Shown in pieces: positions 1-12,330 of a DNA stretch of 64,000 bases. The notes under the pieces were generated by a model. The model saw only the letters and a program-made list of their open reading frames with translations. It ran no database searches and was not told the origin of the DNA. Within the stretch, counting starts at the first letter, position 1; every line of letters starts with the position of its first letter. The position numbers and the translations under genes were made by a program. The stretch lies in the NCBI GenBank assembly GCA_039621445.1, contig CP154954.1:37681703-37745702 (forward strand). Direction: 5' to 3'. Origin of the DNA: Euglena gracilis (taxonomy: Eukaryota).

Positions 1-714
1 AGCAACTGGATATCAGTTCTACCATGGTCTTTGTTTTATATCAATACCCTACCAGGGTTGGTTTTACCTCACTCCCCCTATAAATTAGATTTCGGACGGG
101 ACCCTCCGGCCATAGGGGATGTCCCTTCGGAGAGACCCGCCCGAACGAGTGTCAGTTGCGAGACCTGGTTTGCAAAAGTAGAAAATCTACGTTCTGCAGT
201 CCAGAAGCGCGTGACTGATATTCATGCAACCAAACGGAAATCGTTTTTGCAGAATTTCAAGTCACCTGTGTATAGCCCCGGTGACCGCGTGTGGGTGCGG
301 AATATCCGTACTCGCATGCAGTCTTCCAAGCTGGACCCCCTCTGGCTCGGCCCCTGTGAAATCCTAGAAAGACTAGGTACCAGCGGGCGTTACAAGGTTG
401 CATTACCGAATGGTGTTGAGGACGTTCATATGGACGACTTCAAACCATACCTGTCGCCACCGGATGGGAAACCCATCCCGTGTCTGCACTTCAAACCCCG
501 ATCCAGATAACCTGAGACGGACGACTTTGTAGTCGATAAAACTATCGATCACAAAATCGACAAAGGTATGCACCTTTGGAAGGTCCGCTGGAGAGGGTAT
601 GGGCGCGAGGAGGACACTTGGGAGCCAGCAACCAGTTTTCTTGGGTATGTCCAACAGGATTGGAAACTGTGGAACAAGAAGCATAATATTGATGTTTCCA
701 TGACAAGTTTTTGA
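1..714 (+). pseudogene. pol: pol C-terminus: integrase end plus chromodomain
   Basis: ORF 31-510, then in-frame stop at 508-510, then FVVDKTIDHK...WKVRWRGYGREEDTWEP chromodomain, stop at 712-714. Confidence 0.92.
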
Positions 715-875
715 GAACGCATGGGAAACCCATGTTGTTTTCTCTTCTTTTATCATTGATTCTTATCATTCTTTCTTTCCGCAGACTTTTTAACAAATAA
801 TACTCAAGCGGTTACCCTCACACACCTTACAACCAACAACCGCAACATCCCACCGTACCGACCCCGGGCTGTATC

Positions 876-3800
876 ATGCTGCCCGGTGGAAGGGAGCCAG
901 GCGGAGGACCGCCTTACCACCCCACCACTCACCCTCAACCTGACCAGTATGCGTACCGATACGGTACGCAGCCACCTGCACGGACTGCGGCTCAGGGAAA
1001 CCCTGAAGCCAGCAGCAGTGGCAGGATGACCCAGATGCCCGCGGAAGCGCGGCCATCTCAGTCATCAGGCTCTCGTCGCCTCCCACCGTATGCGGGTGTG
1101 ATGATCCACCGCACGGCGGAGACGATGAGCCGGGTTATGCAAACCCGGCACCAGACCACCTAACCCAGGCATTGTGGGATGACCACTGCCGTAAAATTTT
1201 GACTATCGCGAATACCCCTCCAGCCCTGTGGTGTATGTGCGCCCAGGCGACGATGACCGGTGTATTACACCGAACCGGACGCGTCGGGATTCGCGGCAGA
1301 CATTACCATGCGTGACCTGGGCGTGGAAGTCCCGCCACAGGTCGCACGGCAAGTACCACCAGTTGGCACTTACACCGCACATTTTCGTGCTCACTCCCCC
1401 GGATTACCCGAGGAAGAGACAGTGGAAGCACCTGTCCAGAGTGAACACCCACGTGTGAAAGAAAGTATTTTTCGATCACCTGAGCGCATGCCCTGGCGGG
1501 ATTATCCTGCGCAGGAGCATGTGTCTCAGTATACCGTCTCTGGGGACTACCCCCAGGAGGCGCCAATGCCACGGGATCAGTACGTATATCCACCTCAACC
1601 CCACCCAACCATACCTGACCCTATCCCACGACGTCCTGCGGAGGGAAACCCTCCTCCGACGTCTGACACTGCCCGAAGCGCTCGTCCGCGGGAAGCCGCG
1701 GCAGCGCCTCGTGCGGCACCAGTTCCCCAGGTACGGGATGAACCCGTTAACCTGTGGACTGGCCGGCCGTTTGAGACTGAGGAGGAGCGTCAACAGTATG
1801 AATATGCTGTGACGATCCAACGACAAATCGCACGTCGCCCCCCTGTTTCCGCTGGCCAGGGATACCCTGCCCGGGCGGAAATGACACGGGAAGAGCGCCA
1901 GCAGTATGATGCTGCTGTGTCGGCTCTCACAGGAGTCCCAGCTCCATCACGATCAAGTCAACCAGCGCGACAGCAGGACGTTGCTGTGGCGGAAGCGCCT
2001 CCAGCACGGCCCACAAGCTCTGCCGCCGGCAAGCGTGACCGCGGCCCGGAAAATCTCACGCCGCAGCCACAGCGCCGCTCGCCGAGGTCGGAAAATACGC
2101 CCGCGGCGATGCACGTCGACGCTGAGGAGGAAGCTCTGCCAGCGCCAGACGTGACGGCAGAACGGACACGTCGGGAAACCCGAACATCCCCAGTCGCACC
2201 AGTTTACTCGAATCGTGGTGACGCTGAGCAGGAATTTGCTCGAACGCCAAGCACGGAATCCGTGACTTACCCTGTGTTTACGCCAGAAGACCCAGAATAC
2301 TGGGATTACTGGGCAACATTCGATTGGCTGTCTAACACAAAGGGTAAGGGTAAAGGTAAGGGCAAGGGTAAGGGGAAAGGAAAAGGCCAGGAGAAAGGTG
2401 GGAAAGCCCCACCTGGCAAAGGCGGAAAAGCCGCTTGGCCAACTCCAGGCAAAGGCGGAAAATCTGCCGGACCCCCAGAAGGCAAGGGCGGAAAAGCCGC
2501 CGAACCTTCGAAAACGAAGGACGATGACGTTACTGTAGTATTCACCTACCTGCAGGAGACCTGGCCGAAAATCGACGAAGATCTCCGGCAGTTTACACAC
2601 GCAAGCAACGTGATCCATCGACCACCGGATGCGGTGCTCGAAGTGGTGCAGAATCGTATGTACGATCACTGCAAACGTTTTTTCTACAGTTCCGAACTTT
2701 ATGCGTTTGAGGCATACCCTCATTCGGATGAAGTTGCACTGGACCGGATGTCCGGTTTCTGGGAGCTGTGGTTCTGGTTGGGATACCCCTGCCAGAACTT
2801 CGGCATCTTTACCGACCGAAACGGTCATACGTATGCCGACTGTTTGGGAACATGTCCTGACGACGACACGTTCGTAGCACAGTTGAAGGAAATCTTCAAC
2901 CACATGTATTCCGTCGGAGCACTGGGAATCCAGTGGAAATATTACCCCCTGCCGGAGAAACTCCAGGCGCAGGCTGCGGTAATGTTCACGCGCAACCTCC
3001 AAGTATACTTGGACAGCATGTATGGCAGACTGTTCAAGGTACTGGATGTGGACCTTGCGTACCCCCAGCGGTACAAACTGGAATGCCAGTTTGCAAAGAA
3101 GTTCACATTGCTGACTTCTGGGGTTTCGGAGAACGCGGAAACCGCCTCCGACTGCCGAAAGAGCCGGCAGCCAGCCGACCAGGAGATTCCTCCTGCATCA
3201 GTGCCGGAATCCCCGGATCGGAACGCAAGACCGAAAGGTGCTGAAACAGCACAGGCAGAAAATATTTCTGTTGCAACAGTACTGGCACCGGGTGTGGATT
3301 ACCTACGTCCTGGAAGTCTACATTTATTTCCTGGAACAGATGACCACTGATGTGGATATCCACAGGAAGTGGTTACCTCGGGGATCCACCGAGGTGGACG
3401 CCAGACCTCATGACCCAGACCGACGCAGGATGAACCTGCGGCCGGAATGGGAGCAGGCAGAAAGTGGCCTGCGGGATCACCTGGACACCCAGTTCGGGGA
3501 TATCCTCGACTGGAAGGAGTTCGAACCTTTCTTCACAGCACGCGAGGTAAGCCACTCGGTATGCGGTCCCATTGCCTGCTTTCCTGGAAGACACAGGAGG
3601 GCAGGGTATGGGATGGAACCTTCGATCGCAGTGGGAAGACCTCTGCCTGATCAGCGAGGACGAGCCGCAACCTCCACCCGGAAGCTGGGTGAGAGCGTCG
3701 TGGCCGCCTCCATACCCCAACTCTGACAGGAGTGAAAGTATAAGCTTTTACCGGCTGTCCGATGCACAAGGGTGCTACAGAAGCGGAAAAGACCCGCGCA

Positions 3801-6319
3801 CTTCAGTACAACTCCACACAGAGGACTACCCTCCGGAAGCGGAGGAGGAGGAAGAAACGGTCGCTATGGCCGAGGATGAACCTCAGCCAGTGGAACCCCC
3901 GGCACGGGAAACTCGTAGCCCATCGGTAGTGATGCTGGACACTGTGGCAGAAACTGCCCAGCGCCCAGGACCGCCGACTGGTGAAATGACGCCTGTCCCA
4001 CTGTCGCCAGCCTCACTGGGTACGACGGGCAGACCGACTCCTCCGCGGGAAAACCCGCCGGAGACGGTGCCCCACACGCCTGAGGTATTACGCCTCAAGC
4101 CCCCTGTTCCCGGGGAAACCCCGTTAACAGAGGAGTTAAATGAGGAGCCCACCTCAGGTGAGGAACGACGCACCTCGCTAGGCGGACGCGTACTCGGTGG
4201 TTTGCGGTCACTCATCGCAGTTGTCACCCCACGTGGCACTGCGGCCAGTTCTTCCACAGCTGCGGCGGAAGCTGCCCAGCCGACTGAAGACACACATGAC
4301 ACGACAGCCATGGTGGAGGATGAACCTTCCCCAGCGGCGGCGCCACCGCCGCTGTCGGAAGCGACACGGACGGAAGGCGAACAGACAGCAATGGCAGTGG
4401 AGACAACAACAACCGTGCCGGTACAGGATGAACCTGTATCAGCACCGGTAGCGCCAGCCGAGGCACGGGATGAACCCACACCTCAGCGCACATCCATAGC
4501 CACTGCACCAAAGCATCCGGGCACACGGACACCGCCGCCTGAAAAGCAGGCCGAGCGGACGCCCATGCCCCCACCGCAGGCTCAACCAGCGCGAAGTGCG
4601 CAGGGCAAGCCTACATCTACACCATCACCCACGGCTACCCCTGGGAAACCCACGGAAGCTGCGAAGGAACGCGTAGGACGACACTCAGCTCGGGAAACCC
4701 CTGCTGAAGGTCAACGACGCTAGGTGTCGGGGAGAAGACCCCCGTTCCAAGCGTCACCACGCACCTGGGCAAGCAAGCGCGACGCCGATCGGCGGCCCTC
4801 GGATGCTCCGGAAACCGGAAGCCCGAAGGCCCCGGCAAAATCAAAGCCGGGCGCCGCACCTTGTGAGCCCGCACCGAGATCTGGTGATCAGCCCCCACCG
4901 AAAGGCGGTGGTGGTGCTGGCGGCCAGAGTGCTGCATCCTCTTCTCGGGGATTAACCTCGGGACAAGGATTCACGCACGTCACATCATCCGGCTATGGGA
5001 AAACCTCACAGCCGAAACCTTCGTCAAAGGGGCAGGGAAAATCCCGCGCCTCAACAGCCGAGACACCTTCAGAAGACGAAGTTATCATCGACTGGAACGC
5101 GGTCAATCAGGATGACCCTGACATTCATGACCTGAAAAACAGGTACATGATGATCGCACATAAATTGAGAACAAAGCAATGCCTTAACTGGTGGATTGAG
5201 CAACTGTTCTGTCAGGGCCTAAAATGGTACTTTGATCAGAACGTGACCTGGAATTATTACAATTCCAGATCCCCCCGTGTTTTGGCCCAATACTTCGGTG
5301 AGGAATTCCTCATCGACAAAACAATGGGAACCCGTTTTGTGTGGCTTTTCACTGTGTGCCACAAGATGTATAACAGTGCACCTGACCTGGGATTACCCCT
5401 CGTCCATGTGTGCAACCCTGTGGATCGGAAATAGTTCCACAAGGATGTATACATCCCCAAATGTGCCGCCTTGGTATGCGCCAAGTGCGTGGACAGTTGG
5501 ACCCACAAGCACAATTTTAGCTACACCGAGCGAGACGGTACGAATGTACCGATACTCTGCGTCAACTGCCTTCGAGGTACCTTCTAGCAAACTGCGGAAG
5601 GCGCAGTACGCACAATCGTGCCAAGTGCCCAGAAGCCACTGGAGGAATACTCCACCTTGAACAAAAAGTTCAAGGACTTTTTCAAGTACTCCAACCTCAA
5701 GCTGGACGACTACCGCCACACGGGAATGGCCCGTGGGTGGCAGATCGACATTGGGGCGATACGCCTCGCTGCTGAGGAAGCAGGGGTAAGATTACCTTAC
5801 ATCTGGGAGACAGCGGACAGGGAAAAGATATTTTTCCGCCTGTACAAAACCCAGGACCGAAACGGTCGCTGGTGCCTGCCACAATGGCCACCCGAAGAAC
5901 ACGGGATGACCTGGAAAGACTGGCTTGGGGCCGTATTACGACCCCATACAGTCCGCGCGGAATGTGCGTATCACATGCCGATTGACTTCCACCCGGGGAA
6001 TGCCCCGCAGGTGTCAGCCAGTCATCCACGGATGAATCACTTCATCTGGCCAGCCACTCTGCCCAGGAAATTCTGGGAGAAGCAGCAATGGTTCCTCGCG
6101 GAAAGAGCGAGTGCAACCAAGCACACAGTCCCCGAAGGATGGGTTCGGGACTGGGTGGCACCTGATTTCGAATATGAATCGCCAGAAACCTGGCTCGTAG
6201 ATAGGCCACCACCACCACAATTCCAGATGGTCCTTCTGGAAGATCCCTTGGACTCCCGCCATGATTATTGGCGGCTGGAACGGATGTACTGCCGAAACGG
6301 CATTACCAGGCTCATGTAA
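876..6319 (+). pseudogene. Accessory ORF of family A (~1,800 codons, frameshifted), unknown function
   Basis: ORFs 876-1163, 1260-3350, 3238-3726, 3572-4723, 4724-5434 and 5618-6319 join into one frame when compared with copies at 44917-50394 and 29555-32216; Pro/Thr-rich spacers, KG repeats, W/C-rich blocks. Confidence 0.8.
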
Positions 6320-7191
6320 GGTAAGTGCCTTCATGGAGCCCGGACATCCATATACTATACAAATATATATACATTGGTAGCGGAAATCGCTGAACAGCCC
6401 TGGGATGAACCTGGGTCTGTGTCACTCTACGCTCTGGATGGAAGCATCCGAGAGCCCACCCCCCCCCCCGCCACGAGCCCCCCTCTGCCAATGGCCATCC
6501 GGACGGAAACCGTCTGCAAGAGGTAATCGCCTCTTATTGCGTCGTGAAGGAGCTACTGCTGTGAAGACCTTGGCAGCCGGGAAGCCTGGCAAGCCGCTAA
6601 GTGACGCACAGCACACAGCGCGCACGCCGCAAAAATAGGCCAACTTGTCACTTTTCGGCCCTAAGGCCCTTAAGGCTGCCAGACAGCAAAAATTCTGTTC
6701 TGGCCTAAGCCAGCCTCCCTCTCCACCCAACTTTCCCCCCACCCCCGCAAAGCTGTCGCCGGCAGTCGGTTTTGTATGTAGGCTTTTGTTTCCTAGTGCG
6801 GATATGACCGCCTAGGAGCCCTATCCGAGTATGACCAGGATAGGAGTTTGCCCCCCCTTCCACACCTCTCCCCGCAGGTTTTCAGCGAATCGCTTGACCA
6901 ACCCCGCGTGCCTTTGGCACACCCAAAGCGGGTGGATGGGACACTTTGTCAGGAAACTTGCCAAGCCCCGTTTCCCACAGTGGGCTTTTTCACACCCCAC
7001 CTAAGTCGAAACGGCTGATAGGTAACCGCGAAACGCGGCTAACCTTTTGCGCGTTTTTGGGCTTTGGGTGGATGCCACTGTGCGGAAAGGAGAGACACCG
7101 AATGGAGAAGTGAACCCCACCTAGGGCAGCGTCAGATATCCTGACTGGACCTGGGAAACCCTGGTCCATGAAGGAAATCGGGCGGAGCCCT

Positions 7192-7201
7192 GGGAGGGGG
7201 A
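7192..7201 (+). other. Polypurine tract (PPT)
   Basis: GGGAGGGGGA directly before the LTR start TGTGTACC; same at 44048-44057 (-). Confidence 0.88.
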
Positions 7202-7629
7202 TGTGTACCAGGCACGTCCCAGCTCTGTAGGATATCTGCAGAGTGGGTTCTGTGACGGTGGCACCACTGTTGAAATCCACAGCTGGTAGGATCGTGGCAG
7301 ACCCCTCTGGGATCTGCCCCTGGACACGTCAGCACTTTTCTCTCCTTCCCCCACAGGTGGTATTCTTTACTCTCACAATCTCAAAGTTTGACCATTGGTT
7401 TTGTCAGAGGGAAAAACCCTCGGAACAGTCGAACTTGATCTCAGAAGAAACTTCTGAATCTTTGCTTTGTGCTTTGCTTCTTGGGGAGTTGGGAAGAAAA
7501 GGGGAAAACCAGTTTTCGTTACTCCAAAGACTTTTCCCTACCATAAGTAGGCTGCGCACCAAGGCGAAAGCGAAAGGCTTTTACAGAAAGTTCCAAAAAG
7601 GGGAAAAGGGGAAGCTTTGGACGTACATT
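7202..7629 (+). repeat. 3' LTR of copy A1
   Basis: TGTGTACCAGGCAC...GGACGTACA(TT); aligns with 43619-44047 and 59943-60375. Confidence 0.92.
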
Positions 7630-8739
7630 GGCTGGGCTTAATTCAATTTTTCACGATCTCCTCAAATACGAGTACCGTGCAGAGTTACAGCGATCCGTTT
7701 GCACCGCTGGACGGCTCATTGAAAGAGCTTTCGAATGAGGGGTAACATGGCCTATCAGCCAGCTACAGGCGCTGAGATACGTCTTTGATCTTTGGCCTGT
7801 GTCAGTGAGCTTTTGATATAAGCTCCCATAATTTTTTCTACAAAGGCAACTTTTGGTTTCTATCTCATAGGCACTACTACATACAGTCAAAACCTAATGG
7901 CACGAGGTGCCAGAAATTTTGAAGCTTTTGCGGTGGTTTTGAGGCTATGCCAAAGTGACACTTATGCAAATCTGCATAAAACTAGCCTATTTGGCTTGTT
8001 TTGGCCAATTCAGCCACTTTCAGCCATGTAATATGGCTTTTTGTGCCATTTTTTTGAGGTCCTATGGACTTTTCACTTTATAACTTTATAATATGGATTT
8101 GTGGGACCTTTGGTCCTTTTGGTCCTTGCATTTTGTGCAAATTGGTCCTATGGACCCATGGACCACATGGGTATTGGCCCATAGGCCTTGCACATCATAG
8201 GGTGTATTGGTCACATAGACCTAAGGCTAAGTGGTCAAGTCCACAAAAATGCATGTTTGAATGAATTTTTTTCATTTTTTTGGGGGGGGCAACTATGTTG
8301 CAGATTTCCTCAAGAAATTCAACTTATTTCCCTATCGGGATTCACTTCTGCAATAAGAAAAAGGCCATTTTGTTCACAAAAATGGCTGTTCTTTACAAAG
8401 CTGTGCAAGTTCATGGGAAAAATGCAGTATTTGCAATGTATCCCAAAAACTTATCACACACCTTGTGTTTTTGCAAATACCTTCGAAGTTGGCGCAATTG
8501 TGCGCTTGAATGATCAAAACACCTTTGGTGTTCGCCAATGTGGCCAACAAGTTCGTGGTCAAAGAAGGGGGGCTGGCTACTTTTGTTGCTTAAGTAAACC
8601 AAATCTGCATTTTGAGCAGGTGGTTTGCAAATAAACAACAAAAGTGCCGTTGTGAAATATGTACACAAACGGGACTTATTCCCAAAAGAATATGGGTGGG
8701 TTGGGCAGATACCCATTTGTAAGATATACGCAATTGTGC

Positions 8740-9110
8740 GAGATTGGCGCTATGCACGGGTGGGGGGCGGGGGGGGGGGCGCATCTTGTTTGCGGGCTGT
8801 GCAATATGCGCGGGTGTGGAGGTGTGCGCTATGCGCGGTGTGCAAAACAACATGCACGTGATGAGCGCCATGCGCGTGGGGAGCGCAACATGCGCGGGGG
8901 TGTGAGCGGCATAGGCGCGGTGATTGGGGGCGCCATATAGCGCGGGGGTGGCATTATGCGCAAGCTTTGCGCTACGCTTGAGGGTTGGTGGCGTCATAGC
9001 CGCAAAGTCTGTGCTATACGCACTTTGCGCAATATGCGCAGGGAGGCGCCAAAGGCGCGGGGGGTTGTGGTGCCATAGGCGCTTGAGTGGCGGGCGCCAT
9101 AGGCGCGGGT
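8740..9110. repeat. Degenerate short-period GCGC/ATAT low-complexity repeat
   Basis: Recurrent gcgctatgcgc / gcaatatgcgc / gccataggcgc motifs. Confidence 0.55.
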
Positions 9111-12100
9111 GGTGGTGGTTAGTTTGGTTTCAGTTATTTCATTTTGTGTTTGGTTGTTGGTTGTGTGGAAATTTCTCCTAGAGTGCACACCTTAGGGGGA
9201 GGTGCTGAGTAGTTGTCCTTGTCGCGCATGTTGGTCTGGAGGGGTGGAGTGTGTAAGAAAAATTGTACGCGAATTTGAGCTGCTGGGGGTGTGCAGGATT
9301 GTCTGCAATCGACAAACCTGGTGGAAAACGAAAAATGAAAGCAGCTGGGCGACTACTCGACACCATTCGAATTTCAGGCCTTAGGGCTTTCGTCTTGGAA
9401 CCCAGTGAAACGTTGGTGGTTAAGCTACTTGTTACCCCTACCGCATGTGGAACGTTTGTGGATATGCGGTGGGTAGGGGGGGCACTTCCTCTTTACCCCG
9501 GGTTGAAAAACGGTGTTGGTGTTGTTGAAAACGGTGTTGCTGCCATCGAAAACGGTATGTAAAAGTGATGATTAGTGGCAGTTTGAGGGGGGGGGAAGAA
9601 TTTTCGGTGTCGTGTGCATTCTTGGAGCGGGAATCCACTCAACCACATGGACATTCATGGGCTATCCAATGATAAACCACAACCGAAAAACACAAAACGG
9701 TCTATATGTCAAAGGTTCGTGAAAATTTTGAGCGGGGACACCAGAAAATCCTTGCACACTGACCAGAAAGGATACTGGGCAGGGGATGACTAGGGTCGCG
9801 ACTCCTGTCGTAGTACCGTCTGTAGTCCGCATCCTTGGAGTTTTGGTTCCTTCACTCAAAAACTGAACCGGTGGCCATATCAGCCATTGACTTTCTTGAC
9901 ACATATACGTCTTTGAATTTATGAGTGCTAAAGCAGGGATGATCCCTTTGGTTACATGGGGTATCATCCCCCTCCCTGCCCGAAGCCGGGTGATAATCCT
10001 CAATAGAGGTTGTTCGTTGACCTACCTCATGCCTTTTGGCTGAAGTATGGTCTTTTGAACTGCGACTCATATCGCGATGACTCTGGCTTGGGTGGGGAGG
10101 AGTGGCATAGCGACATTTGGGTGGGGAGTGGTTGGTGGATCCGCACAGTGAACCTGTGGATAGTGAATTTTGCGAATGCGCATTTCGTAAAGGATGAGAA
10201 CTGCATGATGAGGCTGATCCTCTTGGTCTTGTGTTGCGCTTTCGCGCTGCGGGATTTGGATATTGGCAAGATATATGACCCTTTTTGTCACACAAAAAGC
10301 AAAATTTGTCCAAAAATTCATCTGAAGAGCGCGAATCGCGCAATTTGGGTTCTGCCATAGCGGTATGTGATAAGCATGACACATTTTTCACAGAACTGAC
10401 TTGGATAGTGGGTATTCTTGTTGTGGGGTGGCTCGTATAAGCCGACTGGATTTGTCCGAGAAGCTGTGATAGCTTCAGTTGTTTGGAAACATAGTTCCAT
10501 CGCTCATCGAGCGTCAAAATACGTCCTGCGAGTTCCCCGCGGTGAATTTCTTTGATGATTTTCGGTATAAAGTGCAGTAATACTGCGTCAAATTGCTCTT
10601 TCATTGGGTTTCGCCTAACTCGTCTGCCTCGGCTGCCAAACAGAGCCATTTTGAGTACCATAGGTCTATCGACCTCAATTTTCGGTCATGGGGGGCATAT
10701 TGCCGCCATTTTTTCTCCAGAGTGATTCTGGAAACTAAACTGGAACGTGATGAAGCATGTTGCTTAACCAAATTCTGAAAAGGCCCGCAAATGACCAATT
10801 GTCTTGCGCGTTCCTTTTCGTCTTTTGGTAGACAATCTATGAACTCCATTTTGATCACCTCTGGGTTTCCGTTGTGGGTTGATCATTTCAGATCCCAATA
10901 ATATTCCCAATCAGGGAAAAACTGTTTCCATGTTGTTGGGTCACCGTCCCATTGGGGCTTTACCTTTTTCGCGACAGCGATGATTCCTTTTATCTCTTTC
11001 TGAGACTCCCATGGCCCTTCGGTGGTATTCAAGGAGGTTGGGCCTGGGCGCAAAACCGCACTATGCGCGGGTACCTCGGTGGTTGCACCAAGTGTACTTT
11101 TGGGTGTATTTTGCGAATGCGCATTCAATATTCCACTTGGTGTACCATAGGTACCTTGCAAACTTGGTGAATCGCGAATGCGCGAATGGTGATGCTGATG
11201 CATCTCAGGATCAATACCATGTGCGGGAGTGCGGCTCATACCGGGACAAAGTTCATATTCCCAAATTTTTCGATTTCTTTGAGGGTTTCGCTTGGCTTTC
11301 TCTTGAAAACCAACCCCATCATCCAAAAAATGGTCCATTGGGACTGGTACCGCTGGGGGAGGGACCACTGCATGAGCAGAATCGTAATTTTGTGGCAATG
11401 TGCCAATAGGCTCCGCCACAGGTGCGCTGTTAGCGCTTTTGGAGCTGGAATCTGCGGCAAGTGTGCCTACAACACCCATATCGGGTTTTGTTGTAAAAAA
11501 ACGCAATTGTGCGTGTACTTGATCAAAATTTTCTGTAAAGTCACGAAAATTTTTCTCCAAATCATCGAGAATTTTCAGATGACGGCTACACACCGCGGGA
11601 CCTGTGGGCGTACGTCGAGGCGCGGCTGCTGCATGTGCTGCGCCGCGCCGCCGGGCGGTGGGGCCGCGCACTGGAAGTGCAGTTTGACGACCGGCTGTGG
11701 GGCGGCTCCGCAGGCTGCGTGGGCCGCCCCCTTGCGGTGTTCCCTCTCCCCTCCCTGCTGGCCGCCCCCTGCCCCCCGCTGGTCCTGGCTGCAGCCTGGG
11801 CCCCCCTCCCTTCCCCCCCCCCCCCCGCGTACCTCGTCAGCATCACTGCGCACTGCAGCCCGTCCACCACATTGTGCAAAAACTGTGTGCAAAGATTGCG
11901 TTCCGCTGCTTTGTCAGGCTTCAAACGGGCCTCCGTTCCATCATCCGACCATTTGGCACTCTCTCAAAGATACTGGCCCTTCACCTCCCCCACACCATTG
12001 CCTTGTGCCAGAGTATTCAGAGCAGACCTTGCCAGAATGGAGTGCAGGCAGAAGCCCCCCCCCCCCTGTTTGTTGCCTGTGTCTGACCTCCACGTGCGGC

Positions 12101-12162
12101 ACGCGACATGATTTCAAAGGCTGAGCGGGCATCTGCTGCCCCCCTCACTGCAGGTCAGCAGT

Positions 12163-12330
12163 ATGGCTGCCGAGCCCAAGAAGGCTGCACTGCTTGGCAG
12201 TGACGACAGTGACGGGGAGGCGGCGCCGAAGAAGCTCTCGCTGTTCGGCGAGGACGACGACGGGCCGGCCGAGGAGGGGGAGGGGGCGGTGCCCAGCGCC
12301 CTCAACTCCCTGCAAGTTGGCCAGGACCTG
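12163..12330 (+). CDS. Possible host-gene exon (acidic N-terminus), product unknown
   Basis: MAAEPKKAALLGSDDSDGEAAPKKLSLFGEDDDGPAEEGEGAVPSALNSLQ with strongly GC3-biased codons, preceded by acceptor-like cccctcactgcag; unlike the surrounding retroelement sequence. Confidence 0.4.

Larger units (their letters stand above)
1..7629 (+). mobile_element. Family A Ty3/Gypsy chromodomain LTR retrotransposon, 3' half (copy A1; runs off window start)
   Basis: Integrase C-terminus (KLDPLWLGPCEI, GPY/F-like motif), chromodomain, long accessory ORF, PPT and LTR; colinear inverted match to 43619-51270. Confidence 0.93.

Noticed and set aside
876-6319. env gene
   Set aside because: No visible signal peptide, furin site plus fusion peptide, or transmembrane anchor
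7004-7045. Hammerhead ribozyme (CTGATAG...GAAA)
   Set aside because: The core is not CTGANGA, the A3 copy reads CTAATAG, and the GAAA motifs sit in hairpin loops
7630-8600. Gene or MITE in the AT-rich spacer
   Set aside because: Only short ggacc/ggtcc motifs; no convincing ORF, terminal inverted repeats or TSD
12163-12330. Naming the acidic exon (faint resemblance to KRI1-like N-termini)
   Set aside because: Too short and low-complexity to support a gene symbol
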